DNA of 64,000 bases from assembly GCA_963677245.1 (NCBI GenBank), contig OY781921.1, positions 900,149 through 964,148 of the forward strand, written 5' to 3'. Shown piece after piece: positions 38,666-47,441 of this stretch; within the stretch, counting starts at the first letter, position 1; the number at the start of each line of letters is the position of its first letter. The position numbers were made by a program, and so were the translations under genes. Source of the stretch: an uncultured Saccharicrinis sp. GTDB taxonomy: Bacteria > Bacteroidota > Bacteroidia > Bacteroidales > Marinilabiliaceae. Below the pieces are notes generated by a model, which worked only from the letters and a program-made list of their open reading frames with translations, did no database searches and was not told the origin of the DNA.

Positions 38666-39016
38666 AAGGCTTATTTTTGCGTCTATATATAAATTACACC
38701 ATAAAAAAGGCCTCACGTACTCAGTTTTGACAAAAGATGATATATTAACGACAAATATGAAAATAGCGTAGACAAAGACAATACACTAGTCTATATATCA
38801 GCTATTTACGCATTTTTGCATATTCATATTTTATATTCTCTTTTTACCTGGTTTTAAGTTAATTACAAATGGTTCAACCAATACCTAATAAACCATAGTA
38901 TATCAGGAATTACATTTAATAACAAATCTTAAACATGCATTTAATATTCGTACTAATTAATAGACATTTATATATTCGCAAACAAAATAGAATTAAGCTA
39001 AACTAAAACACAAATA

Positions 39017-39283
39017 ATGGATATTTCAGCACACGCATATGGATTAAAATCCAATATTAAATTAGAACTGTTGAGTGAAAATCATATAGGGATTGTAAAA
39101 CTGATAAAAAGTAGAATTATAAGAAAAGATGCTCAGAAAATAATTGAAATAGCCCGTAAGATCCTGGATAAAAATGCAAAAGTTAGAATTAGCTTAATAT
39201 GTAATCCCAACATTTGCTCAAAATCAATTCAATTATTAAACGAAAATGGAATTGAGGTAATTCAAAAAAATCCGGAAAATTAA
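39017..39283 (+). CDS. Hypothetical 88-aa protein
   Basis: ATG-initiated ORF transcribed divergently from wza. No motif recognised. Confidence 0.3.
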   Translation: MDISAHAYGLKSNIKLELLSENHIGIVKLIKSRIIRKDAQKIIEIARKILDKNAKVRISLICNPNICSKSIQLLNENGIEVIQKNPEN

Positions 39284-39324
39284 CCCGGACTTAATATTGA
39301 AATGTATAAAATAAATTACCTGAC

Positions 39325-39921
39325 CTATGACTCAACAGCTGAAATTATTAATTGCTTAATAGTATCGTCATAATTAATTTTAAGTGCTTCTTCATGTGCT
39401 TTGTCCGACATTTTAAGCCAGGTGCTTAAAATAATCCGCTTTAGTTTATTTTCATCCTCTTTGTGTTTCGTAATAAAATCTAAAATATAATATTGAAGAA
39501 AAACCAAACATACCACATCCTCAAGGAGTTGACTATCTTTATTGGAATCCAAATCCTTTTTTTCGATCATATTTTTAACCGAATGAATGCTTTCTGCTGA
39601 ATATCCGGATTCTAACAATAATGTCTCAGCCTTATTAGCCTGATAAGTATATAAATATGTTCGCCACTGATGATATCCCTTTCTATCCATTGGATATGAA
39701 TTACGAGGAATTTCCCATCTATATAAATGCTGACACCAGGCAGCTAAATATACTTCTTCTATAGCTTTGGGGGCATAATCCTTTAACACTTCTATCATTC
39801 TTATAGCATACAAGTATTCTTTTGGATAAGTAACATCATTATCTGTTACTAACTCTAAATTCTCCTGATAAGCTTCTTTTATTAGTGAAACTGCTTTATT
39901 GTATTGATCTCCAAAATCCAT
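39325..39921 (-). CDS. DUF4202-like helical protein
   Basis: LAAWCQHLYRWEIPRNSYPMDRKGYHQWR and an all-helical pattern. Family recognition is from memory. Confidence 0.45.
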   Translation of the reverse strand: MDFGDQYNKAVSLIKEAYQENLELVTDNDVTYPKEYLYAIRMIEVLKDYAPKAIEEVYLAAWCQHLYRWEIPRNSYPMDRKGYHQWRTYLYTYQANKAETLLLESGYSAESIHSVKNMIEKKDLDSNKDSQLLEDVVCLVFLQYYILDFITKHKEDENKLKRIILSTWLKMSDKAHEEALKINYDDTIKQLIISAVES

Positions 39922-40114
39922 ATTTACTTTGTTTTTTTTTAATAACAGATATTCCTAAAACTATATAACTGAAACATAATATTATAATTTTAAGCGAATG
40001 GTTTATTTAAGCAATATTGGCATTAAACGCTATGAAAATAAATCTCATGTCTTTTGTCTATAGTTTAACTTTCTAGTAATAAAAACACCTGCAACAAAAG
40101 AAAGTTTTCTTTAT

Positions 40115-40148
40115 AAATAAAAATCCTGCCAGTTTACACTGACAGGAT
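40115..40148 (-). terminator. Rho-independent terminator downstream of the small membrane protein gene
   Basis: atcctgccag / ctgacaggat stem (9 of 10 bp), followed on the minus strand by TTTTATTTAT. Confidence 0.65.
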
Positions 40149-40226
40149 CATTTTAGCGTATTGTTTTTACCATAAATAAACAATTAGATGAAAAGGACAT
40201 ATGAAAGTTTTTACATATAAACTACA

Positions 40227-40484
40227 TTAAGAAAAATACTTCTCTAGTGCCCGATACCAAGTTAATATAAACGCTGATACACCTGCTGAAAACAAAACAA
40301 CTATAAATCGCATTCCTTCTGTTTCATCAAAACCTAAGAAAGTTCCGAGTGCACCACCAATAACAGCACCTAAAACGCCCAAAAAGATGGTGATAATAAT
40401 ATGCTGCCGTATAATATATGGTTCAATTACAAGCGTTAAAATACTAACTATTAAGCCAATTACTATCCACAATAAAATTCCCAT
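40227..40484 (-). CDS. GlsB/YeaQ/YmgE-family small membrane (stress) protein
   Basis: 85 aa. MGILLWIVIGLIVS... with Gly-rich TM helices (GAVIGGALGTFLG). A strong AAGGAGG lies 5 nt upstream of the start. Confidence 0.55.
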   Translation of the reverse strand: MGILLWIVIGLIVSILTLVIEPYIIRQHIIITIFLGVLGAVIGGALGTFLGFDETEGMRFIVVLFSAGVSAFILTWYRALEKYFS

Positions 40485-40644
40485 ATCAACCTCCTTTCTT
40501 TTTTATATTAATAAGTGTTTCAATACTTAAATATATGTCAAACCTCCACTAAAGTCAATATTAATATGGGTATATTTCTTCTCTTTTAACTTTGAATATC
40601 ACATTAAGTTTATATGTCAACTAAACTGAACAACAGAGATTTAA

Positions 40645-42015
40645 TTAACTAAACAAGTTTTGATGAATGGCTCTGATTGCACCTTCACGATCACATTGTG
40701 CCACTACAAAATACGTAGCTACAATTGATGCTCCCGAAACAATCATTTGTACATTGATATTCTCTTTGGCCAATGCAGTGAACAATTTACCTGCAATTCC
40801 GGGAGAATCAAGTAAACCTTCTCCGACAGCAGCTATAGTCGAAATTTTTTCAATCGCTCTTATATCTGTTATTGCAGATAGTTCAAGCTGCTCAACCACT
40901 TCAAAAGCGCGTTTTAAATCTGCAGTTGATAATAATAGATTGATAACCACCTGAGAGGTAATTACAGATTTAATATTGATACCTGCTCTATCCAAAGCTA
41001 CCGTTACGCTGGCCAACACGCCTTTTTTTAATCCAACACCTGCTCCTCTAAGTTTTAAAATACAGAAGTCATCATTGTAGGTTACACTCTTAATAATCTG
41101 CGATGTAATATCAGAATCTCCATTTACAACGGTTCCTGGCTCTATTTTACCATTAAAGGTATCTATATTACTTATTCGAATTGGGATACTCACTTCTCGC
41201 AGAGGTTCCACAGTTCTGGGGTGTAAGATACTAGCGCCAAAATAGGATAATTCGGCCGCCTCTGCATATGAAAGCTGACTAATCTTTTGAGGTGCATTCA
41301 CCAATTTTGGATCAGCACTCATAAATCCATCCACGTCTTTCCATACATCCAATGAATCGGCTCCCAAACATCGAGCTATAGCAGCAGCTGAATAATCACT
41401 TCCTCCTCTTCCTAAAAGTGTAACTTTTCCTTCCTCTGAAATACCATAAAAACCAGGTACCACATAAATCTTATCCTCCTTTAATCGTTCCTTTACAAAT
41501 CGAGCTGAGCTTTCATAATTAACAGTTGCATTTCCAAATTCTCCATCTGTAACTAAAGGCATTTGTTCAGGTAAAGCTTCCTCAACATTAATTCCCTGAC
41601 TTTGCAAAATATGCGTTAGTACCAGGGAACTTAAACGCTCTCCAAAACTAAGTATAACATCTTCTACGAACTCAGGTACATCACCAATATAATGCACACC
41701 AGTAAGGTATCGGCTTAATTCCCTGATACGTACTTCAACCGCTTGCATTGTTTTTTCCTGCCAATCTTTATCTTCAAAATTTTCAAGAATGGCCTCCTTT
41801 TTTAATTCTCGCAGAAACTCTACCAGTTTTTCAATATGTGATTCGTCTTTTTTAACCTCTTCCAATGATCTTACCAGGTGATTTGTAATACCATAAAAGG
41901 CAGAAACAACAATAACCATAGGTTGATTATAAGCTTTAATAACCTTAACCAACTTAAGTATATCTTCTTTCTTTTTAAGATTAGAACCTCCGAATTTTGC
42001 AACTATTTTATTCAT
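40645..42015 (-). CDS. lysC: Monofunctional aspartate kinase (two C-terminal ACT domains)
   Basis: KFGGSNL N-terminus, GRGGSDYSAAAIA, and a tandem ACT region. Confidence 0.9.
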   Translation of the reverse strand: MNKIVAKFGGSNLKKKEDILKLVKVIKAYNQPMVIVVSAFYGITNHLVRSLEEVKKDESHIEKLVEFLRELKKEAILENFEDKDWQEKTMQAVEVRIRELSRYLTGVHYIGDVPEFVEDVILSFGERLSSLVLTHILQSQGINVEEALPEQMPLVTDGEFGNATVNYESSARFVKERLKEDKIYVVPGFYGISEEGKVTLLGRGGSDYSAAAIARCLGADSLDVWKDVDGFMSADPKLVNAPQKISQLSYAEAAELSYFGASILHPRTVEPLREVSIPIRISNIDTFNGKIEPGTVVNGDSDITSQIIKSVTYNDDFCILKLRGAGVGLKKGVLASVTVALDRAGINIKSVITSQVVINLLLSTADLKRAFEVVEQLELSAITDIRAIEKISTIAAVGEGLLDSPGIAGKLFTALAKENINVQMIVSGASIVATYFVVAQCDREGAIRAIHQNLFS

Positions 42016-42296
42016 GTATATGTCTTGATTTTACGATTTCAGATAAAACTCCCATAAGTCTGTTAATACCCAACAAACATTCATATGGACGTTTCCTACT
42101 TTTTGTTTTATTTAAATTTGATTAGATAAGAGACGTGCTTTTAGCCTATTGAATACATAACTTACAAAATTATAATGACAATTCAATCGTCTCTTATACC
42201 TCTGTATTCAATAGCTTTAAATTGCTAGAAGCTTTGAAATTAAATAATAGCCCGGATGGGCATTCGAAAAAATGTAGTATAAATCATATCTGTTAG

Positions 42297-42392
42297 TTTA
42301 TCATCTTCGTTAAACGAATCAGGTTTTGGCACCTGCCTTTTTAGTGGTTGCCAGAGGATCTGTGAGCCTGTCTCTCCCCTCTTCTTAATAAA
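42297..42392 (-). promoter_or_regulatory. SAM-I (S-box) riboswitch aptamer in the aspartokinase leader
   Basis: The minus-strand RNA reads UUUAUUAAGAAGAGGGGAGAGACAGGCUCACAGAUCCUCUGGCAACCACUAAAAAGGCAGGUGCCAAAACCUGAUUCGUUUAACGAAGAUGAUAAA. P1 is UUUAUUA/UGAUAAA and P2 is AGAGG/CCUCU. GAGAGA...GGCUC appears in place of the consensus GAGGGA...GGCCC, which is a compensatory change. GCAACC and GGUGCCAA are conserved, and P4 is UUCG/CGAA. Confidence 0.85.
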
Positions 42393-42413
42393 CCTTGTTT
42401 TTATTATCTAGCT

Positions 42414-42421
42414 CAAAAATA
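42414..42421 (-). promoter_or_regulatory. Candidate Bacteroidota -7 promoter box (TAnnTTTG) for the riboswitch-lysC transcript
   Basis: The minus strand reads TATTTTTG, about 20 nt upstream of P1 of the aptamer. Confidence 0.45.
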
Positions 42422-42559
42422 TAGGATTCTCTTATTCATAATAAGGACATTTATCATATCCTGTCAAAACTCTGGATATAATTTACGAAATAGACATGTT
42501 TAAATTTGAAGTATGATTTTTTCCTTAATATTGTGTCAAAATTAATATTAGACAACTTC

Positions 42560-42802
42560 ATGGAAATAGATTTATCGAACTTAAATAAACATTCAAGTAA
42601 AGAGGAAATAGTTGCAGAACTGGTAAAATTATTCAGTCCATACGCACAAGAACTTATCAACTCTGGAGCCGATTTTAGTTATATGAATATGTATGCGGAC
42701 AACTTTAAAGATATATTACTGGCACAAACAAATATGGATGAATTTGAGATATTTACAATCTTAAATGAAGCATGTGATTTGAGTTGGCGCTCTATTCAGT
42801 AA
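42560..42802 (+). CDS. Hypothetical 80-aa protein
   Basis: ATG at 42560 (the track start at 42506 is TTG). Acidic and helical by eye, with no motif recognised. Confidence 0.3.
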   Translation: MEIDLSNLNKHSSKEEIVAELVKLFSPYAQELINSGADFSYMNMYADNFKDILLAQTNMDEFEIFTILNEACDLSWRSIQ

Positions 42803-42832
42803 TCCCACTCATAAAATTATATACCACTCTCA

Positions 42833-43507
42833 TTAGTGATGATGATGACCATGGTGATGGTGTCCGTGATCATGAGAGTGTTTTCCTGCCGGAATATCTA
42901 ATAACGCCGAACCTGCATCCTTCAATAAACCAATTGACCATTTGATAATTACTAAGGAACTAATAACAGCCGCAATGGTATCTATAAATGGAATATCCCA
43001 AATCATAGCAGCCGTTAAACCTAATATAGCCGTTAAACTCGTCAATGCATCTGCAATAACATGAAGGTATGCTGCTCTGATATTATGATCGCTGTGTTCA
43101 TGGTCGTGGTGCAATAAAAATGCACTAGCAATATTTACTACCATCCCAATAATAGCTACTAGAATAGCTTCCTTGTAAACAATATCTGTTGGATGAATAA
43201 AACGTTCGATAGCCTCAACCATAATTACAATAGCAAATAATAAAAGCATCAAACCACTACTATAACCAGATAAAGAAAGTATTTTATCGCTATTCCCTTT
43301 AAACTCTTCTTTTTTAGATAGTTTTCTCACAATAACATAAGCTAACCAACTTAAACCGATTGCCAAAACATGTGATCCCATGTGGATACCATCGGCCAAT
43401 AATGCCATTGATTTTGTGGTTAATCCATATATTATTTCAACCACCATTGTTACGGCTGTTAACAAAACAACCCACAAAGTCCTTATTTCATGTTGATGCT
43501 TCTCCAT
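42833..43507 (-). CDS. Cation diffusion facilitator (CDF) divalent-metal transporter, short form with a His-rich tail
   Basis: Six TM helices with metal-site residues (LLADGIHMGSH in TM2, YLHVIADALTS in TM5). His-rich loop HHDHEHSDH and tail HSHDHGHHHHGHHHH. Confidence 0.8.
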   Translation of the reverse strand: MEKHQHEIRTLWVVLLTAVTMVVEIIYGLTTKSMALLADGIHMGSHVLAIGLSWLAYVIVRKLSKKEEFKGNSDKILSLSGYSSGLMLLLFAIVIMVEAIERFIHPTDIVYKEAILVAIIGMVVNIASAFLLHHDHEHSDHNIRAAYLHVIADALTSLTAILGLTAAMIWDIPFIDTIAAVISSLVIIKWSIGLLKDAGSALLDIPAGKHSHDHGHHHHGHHHH

Positions 43508-43622
43508 AATCGCTTATTTGTAAGAAGTAACAAAAATAGAATCCTTAGGCGAAGATTAAAATACCAACATTTAGGGATTTGTTATTTAAAGTAGCTTCCT
43601 TTAATGATAATTAAAAGTAAGA

Positions 43623-43651
43623 AGCAAGATTTCCTGTTCTTGAATCTTGCT
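43623..43651 (-). terminator. Possible terminator after trpB
   Basis: agcaagatt / aatcttgct 9-bp stem 14 nt after the stop codon. The downstream T-tract is only moderate. Confidence 0.4.
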
Positions 43652-43664
43652 CCTTTATATTTTT

Positions 43665-44870
43665 TTATTCCGGTAAACCGTAATTATCTACAACAAAATC
43701 AATATCCTTATCTCCTCTACCACTCAAGTTTACAAGAATAGATTGCCTTGGGTTTTCTTTTGCCAGTTTTAATGCATAAGCAACTGCATGTGCACTTTCT
43801 AATGCCGGAATTATACCTTCCAAACGACTCAATTCATAAAAGGCATCTATACATTCCTGATCGTTTACTGAACCATACGTCACTCTTTTTAAGTCGTGTA
43901 ACATAGAATGTTCCGGCCCCACACCCGGGTAATCCAAACCACTGGCAATGGAATAGACCGGTGCAGGCTCTCCTTTATCATCCTGTAAAGTATAACATTT
44001 AAAACCATGAATAATTCCTGGTGTTCCATGTGTAATCGTAGCAGCATGCTCTCCTGTTACATTGATATCGCGACCGGCAGGTTCAACACCATGTAATTTA
44101 ATTTCTTCGTCTTCTAAAAATGCTGAAAAAATCCCCATGGCATTACTTCCTCCTCCAACGCAAGCAACCACATTATCTGGTTGTTCCCCTGTCATATCAA
44201 AGAACTGTTCTTTGGATTCTATTCCAACTACACGCTGAAAATCTCTCACTAACATTGGAAATGGATGCGGACCTACAACTGATCCAATGCAATAAATTGT
44301 ATTAATCGGATCTTTTAAATAAGCCTCAAAGGCAGAATCAACCGCTTCTTTTAGCGTTTTAAGACCATGGGTAGCAGGAACAACCTCGGCTCCTAAAATT
44401 TTCATACGAACTACATTGGGATGCTCTTTTTTAATATCCACCTCGCCCATATGAATTTTACACTCCAGACCAAAATATGCAGCAGCTGTAGCTAATGCCA
44501 CTCCATGCTGGCCGGCTCCGGTTTCTGCGATAAGTCTTTTCTTACCCAGATACTTGGCCAATAAAGCCTCGCCCATACAGTGATTTAATTTATGTGCTCC
44601 GGAATGATTCAGGTCTTCTCGTTTTAAATAAATTCGACCTCCATACTTTTCCGATAATCGATTGCAGTAATATACAGGAGTTGGTCTTCCCTGATAATGT
44701 TTACGAATGCTTCTTAACTCCGAAATGAACTCGTGCGACTTGCTAATTTGATAATACGCATCTGTAATTTTTTGCATTTCTGTTTCTAACACAGGAGGAA
44801 TAAAGGCTCCTCCGTATTCTCCAAAATATCCCTTTTCATCAGGATATTGCTTAAAATAAGTTTTTGACAT
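43665..44870 (-). CDS. trpB: Tryptophan synthase beta subunit (TrpB1-like), stand-alone in this window
   Basis: [23 protein letters not shown] (PLP lysine), [15 protein letters not shown]. The track start at 44906 is TTG and the ATG is at 44870. Confidence 0.85.
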   Translation of the reverse strand: MSKTYFKQYPDEKGYFGEYGGAFIPPVLETEMQKITDAYYQISKSHEFISELRSIRKHYQGRPTPVYYCNRLSEKYGGRIYLKREDLNHSGAHKLNHCMGEALLAKYLGKKRLIAETGAGQHGVALATAAAYFGLECKIHMGEVDIKKEHPNVVRMKILGAEVVPATHGLKTLKEAVDSAFEAYLKDPINTIYCIGSVVGPHPFPMLVRDFQRVVGIESKEQFFDMTGEQPDNVVACVGGGSNAMGIFSAFLEDEEIKLHGVEPAGRDINVTGEHAATITHGTPGIIHGFKCYTLQDDKGEPAPVYSIASGLDYPGVGPEHSMLHDLKRVTYGSVNDQECIDAFYELSRLEGIIPALESAHAVAYALKLAKENPRQSILVNLSGRGDKDIDFVVDNYGLPE

Positions 44871-45188
44871 AGAATTTTTAATTTGATCTCTGTTTGAATA
44901 CTTCAACTCCTAATTTATCTTGAAACATCTATTACACAAACACTAAAAAATGTTAGTCTCGAATATAAGAAAAAGAAAGATAGTTTAAGTGATTTCAGTG
45001 CTATTGATGGATAGATTCCAATTGAAATATCTAAACTTGATTTCGTCAAAATAGCTTTTCGAATAAACTCAATTCTTAAATAAAACACCTACTCAATTAT
45101 AAATAATTAACAGAAGTAGATGCCAATATAAATTTATATCAGAGCAGTTATTAGGGATCTACTCTAAACTATAATCAATAGATGACTA

Positions 45189-46673
45189 TTAGCAATAGTG
45201 TTTCATAACAAAATTAACTGCATTATCATACATGATCTTATCTAAAATCTCACCTATCGTTAATCCCATAGATAAATGATCGAACTGGGGCATCTGGGGC
45301 ATATAATTGGCTAAAGCAGCTCTTAAATTCTTAAACTCATCTGCAACAATAAAAGAGTCAACAGGATTTATCATACCATCAAAATCACTTCCCAAAGCAA
45401 TATGATTCCAAATTAGGCCTTTTTCGTCTTCAGGAATGTCTGAATTGCTAATTACAGCATTTGCCACGCCCATAATATTACGCGCAAACTGACGTGTCCA
45501 AAATTCAACTACATTCTCTCTGTTTCTGCGAATATCTCTTTTGGTAAAATCCTTGGATGTATCAATAACTTCCTCTCCAGACAAGATCCTTTGATCCAGA
45601 TTTAACCCAATAATTCCACCTGATTGAAATATCAAACAAACTTCTTCATCAGAGAGGTTAATACTCCAAGGGTTAAAAATTTTTGAGTCTTCATACTTAT
45701 CTTTATCTGTATCAGGATCATCAATAGAATCTAGTAGCGTTTTATGATTACCATAACCCATATGGCTGGCTATCACCGGAATTTTTTTATCAGAAGAGAC
45801 TCCATCATTGTAATTTTTTATTTTATCATAGTACCAGATACGAGTACTCACACTCATATGCTTGGTATCTATTAAAATCCTTCGTCCATTTCCCTCAAAC
45901 TCATTAATACCAAGCAGGCAATCCACTACTCTTTCTCCTCTTTCATTAATGGGCTCATTTAATCCTACTTCCTGCTCTAATAAAACAGAAGCAGCTCCAT
46001 CCGGAATACTTCGAGCCTGACCGCAAATGCCGTTATAAAAATGGTGCGAAAGGGTAATATACAAAGGTGGATGATCCCAATTCTTAACCTTTAAAATATT
46101 ATCTATGGTTTGTTCATGAATTACAGGATCGTGAATAATTTGTTTGGCATTCCCGGAAAACAAGGAGTGTGCCCCTTCAATAGCCGGTACAAAAACAACT
46201 GTATTTTCATCATCCTTGTATTCTACAATATCCTCAGCATTTTTAGCAACAATATATCTCCAGGGTGTTTTTTTAATGGAATGAAATTTCCCACTATCCT
46301 TAACTAAATAACCATACTCTTTATTTAGGTATTCGAAATAATTAAATTGTGGAGATTGTACTTTATTAATAAATGGTATAGGTAAATGACTAACAACTTG
46401 CTTAGCTATTATGTCCGAAACAAAGCCTGTTCCTAAAAATTCAGGGTTTAACCAGGGTTGCTCCAATGGATACAAAGCAGCAATAACTAATCTAACGTTA
46501 CCTCTGCTAAGTGCTGGCATACTTGTTTGAAAATATTCTGGGAAAGTACTCTTCCTTTGACATTTTTTTGGTGGATTATCCCACCACAAATTGTTCTTTC
46601 TTCTCTTCCCTGCTTCGTGAAATGCAAAAGGATGCATAGTCGGGTGACAATGTATATCAGCAAATGGTTTCAT
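45189..46673 (-). CDS. Divergent metal-dependent hydrolase, renal-dipeptidase (M19)-like TIM barrel
   Basis: Motif order is ADIHCHP, EGAHSL, LSHHF, DTKHMS, ASHMGYG, LGSDFDGM. It resembles M19/amidohydrolase metal ligands, with large insertions. I prefer the start at MKPFADIHCHP (46673). Confidence 0.5.
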   Translation of the reverse strand: MKPFADIHCHPTMHPFAFHEAGKRRKNNLWWDNPPKKCQRKSTFPEYFQTSMPALSRGNVRLVIAALYPLEQPWLNPEFLGTGFVSDIIAKQVVSHLPIPFINKVQSPQFNYFEYLNKEYGYLVKDSGKFHSIKKTPWRYIVAKNAEDIVEYKDDENTVVFVPAIEGAHSLFSGNAKQIIHDPVIHEQTIDNILKVKNWDHPPLYITLSHHFYNGICGQARSIPDGAASVLLEQEVGLNEPINERGERVVDCLLGINEFEGNGRRILIDTKHMSVSTRIWYYDKIKNYNDGVSSDKKIPVIASHMGYGNHKTLLDSIDDPDTDKDKYEDSKIFNPWSINLSDEEVCLIFQSGGIIGLNLDQRILSGEEVIDTSKDFTKRDIRRNRENVVEFWTRQFARNIMGVANAVISNSDIPEDEKGLIWNHIALGSDFDGMINPVDSFIVADEFKNLRAALANYMPQMPQFDHLSMGLTIGEILDKIMYDNAVNFVMKHYC

Positions 46674-46758
46674 AAAAAAAAATAGCTCCAGGTGTTTTTG
46701 TTTAGTCAAATATATAAAACATAAAATATTATACAAATAAGCTATTTATAATTTACAT

Positions 46759-46793
46759 AAAAAAACCATCGTCCTATACAAGACGATGGTTTT
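46759..46793 (-). terminator. Rho-independent terminator
   Basis: 12-bp stem aaaaccatcgtc / gacgatggtttt with an 8-nt loop and a run of T on the minus strand. Confidence 0.8.
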
Positions 46794-46814
46794 AAATATT
46801 ATGAACTCTTATTA

Positions 46815-47363
46815 TTACTTACTTAAATAAGTTACCTCAAAATCATATACAATAGTTAAATAACTTGTTCCTGCAATTGTTGAAGGCAAAATAGCTCTTG
46901 ACCTTCCTCCCTTACGCATTTGTCTTAATGAATAATCAATTCCCGTTGCTTGATTATCATCACCTGCCGTATAATAAACTGGATTAATCTCACCATAGTT
47001 AGAATCATATGCTACTAATTCTGGTACATTAGAAGTGTCATTACGATTAATATAATAGGATACAAACCTATAACCTACCTCTTTCCCTGCAATAACTTTA
47101 TCACCTTCTCCTGTTTCTAACTCATAATAAATTAATCCGGTTTCAAGGGATTTATCTATCGTATCCACAGCCAATGAAGTCCAATAATCTTTATAATTTA
47201 AATTATCTGGGTTATCTTCAGATGGTATCATATCCAAAAACTCCTCTAATAGTTCTTGCTCCTGTGCTAATAACTGGCGTGAGGTTTGAATTTTTTCAGT
47301 TTTACAACTTACAGCCACTATTAAACTTATAAGGGCTATGGATTTAATTAATATTTTCGTCAT
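46815..47363 (-). CDS. Lipoprotein with a divergent FKBP-like domain
   Basis: Lipobox AVSC. GLIYYELETGEGDKVIAGKEVGYRFVSYY...RSRAILPSTIAG loosely follows the FKBP pattern. Confidence 0.4.
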   Translation of the reverse strand: MTKILIKSIALISLIVAVSCKTEKIQTSRQLLAQEQELLEEFLDMIPSEDNPDNLNYKDYWTSLAVDTIDKSLETGLIYYELETGEGDKVIAGKEVGYRFVSYYINRNDTSNVPELVAYDSNYGEINPVYYTAGDDNQATGIDYSLRQMRKGGRSRAILPSTIAGTSYLTIVYDFEVTYLSK

Positions 47364-47441
47364 TTCTTTCTAATTCTTCTCTTAATAATAATAAGGCACA
47401 AAGTAAATGTTTTATTATTTTCATTCAAACACACAAGTCAT

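Noticed and set aside
38666-39016. An invertible (phase-variable) promoter upstream of the capsule locus, as in Bacteroides.
   Set aside because: I could find no flanking inverted repeats of useful length, and no serine or tyrosine recombinase gene is nearby.
42016-42505. A lysine riboswitch (L-box) was expected upstream of an aspartokinase gene.
   Set aside because: The leader lacks the L-box signatures (AGAGGNGC...GGGGAG...GCCGAAG...CUGUCA). It fits the SAM-I consensus instead (GCAACC, GGUGCCAA, and the P1/P2/P4 pairings).
42836-42880. A repetitive gtgatg/atggtg tract.
   Set aside because: It is in-frame coding for the His-rich tail of the CDF transporter, not a non-coding repeat.
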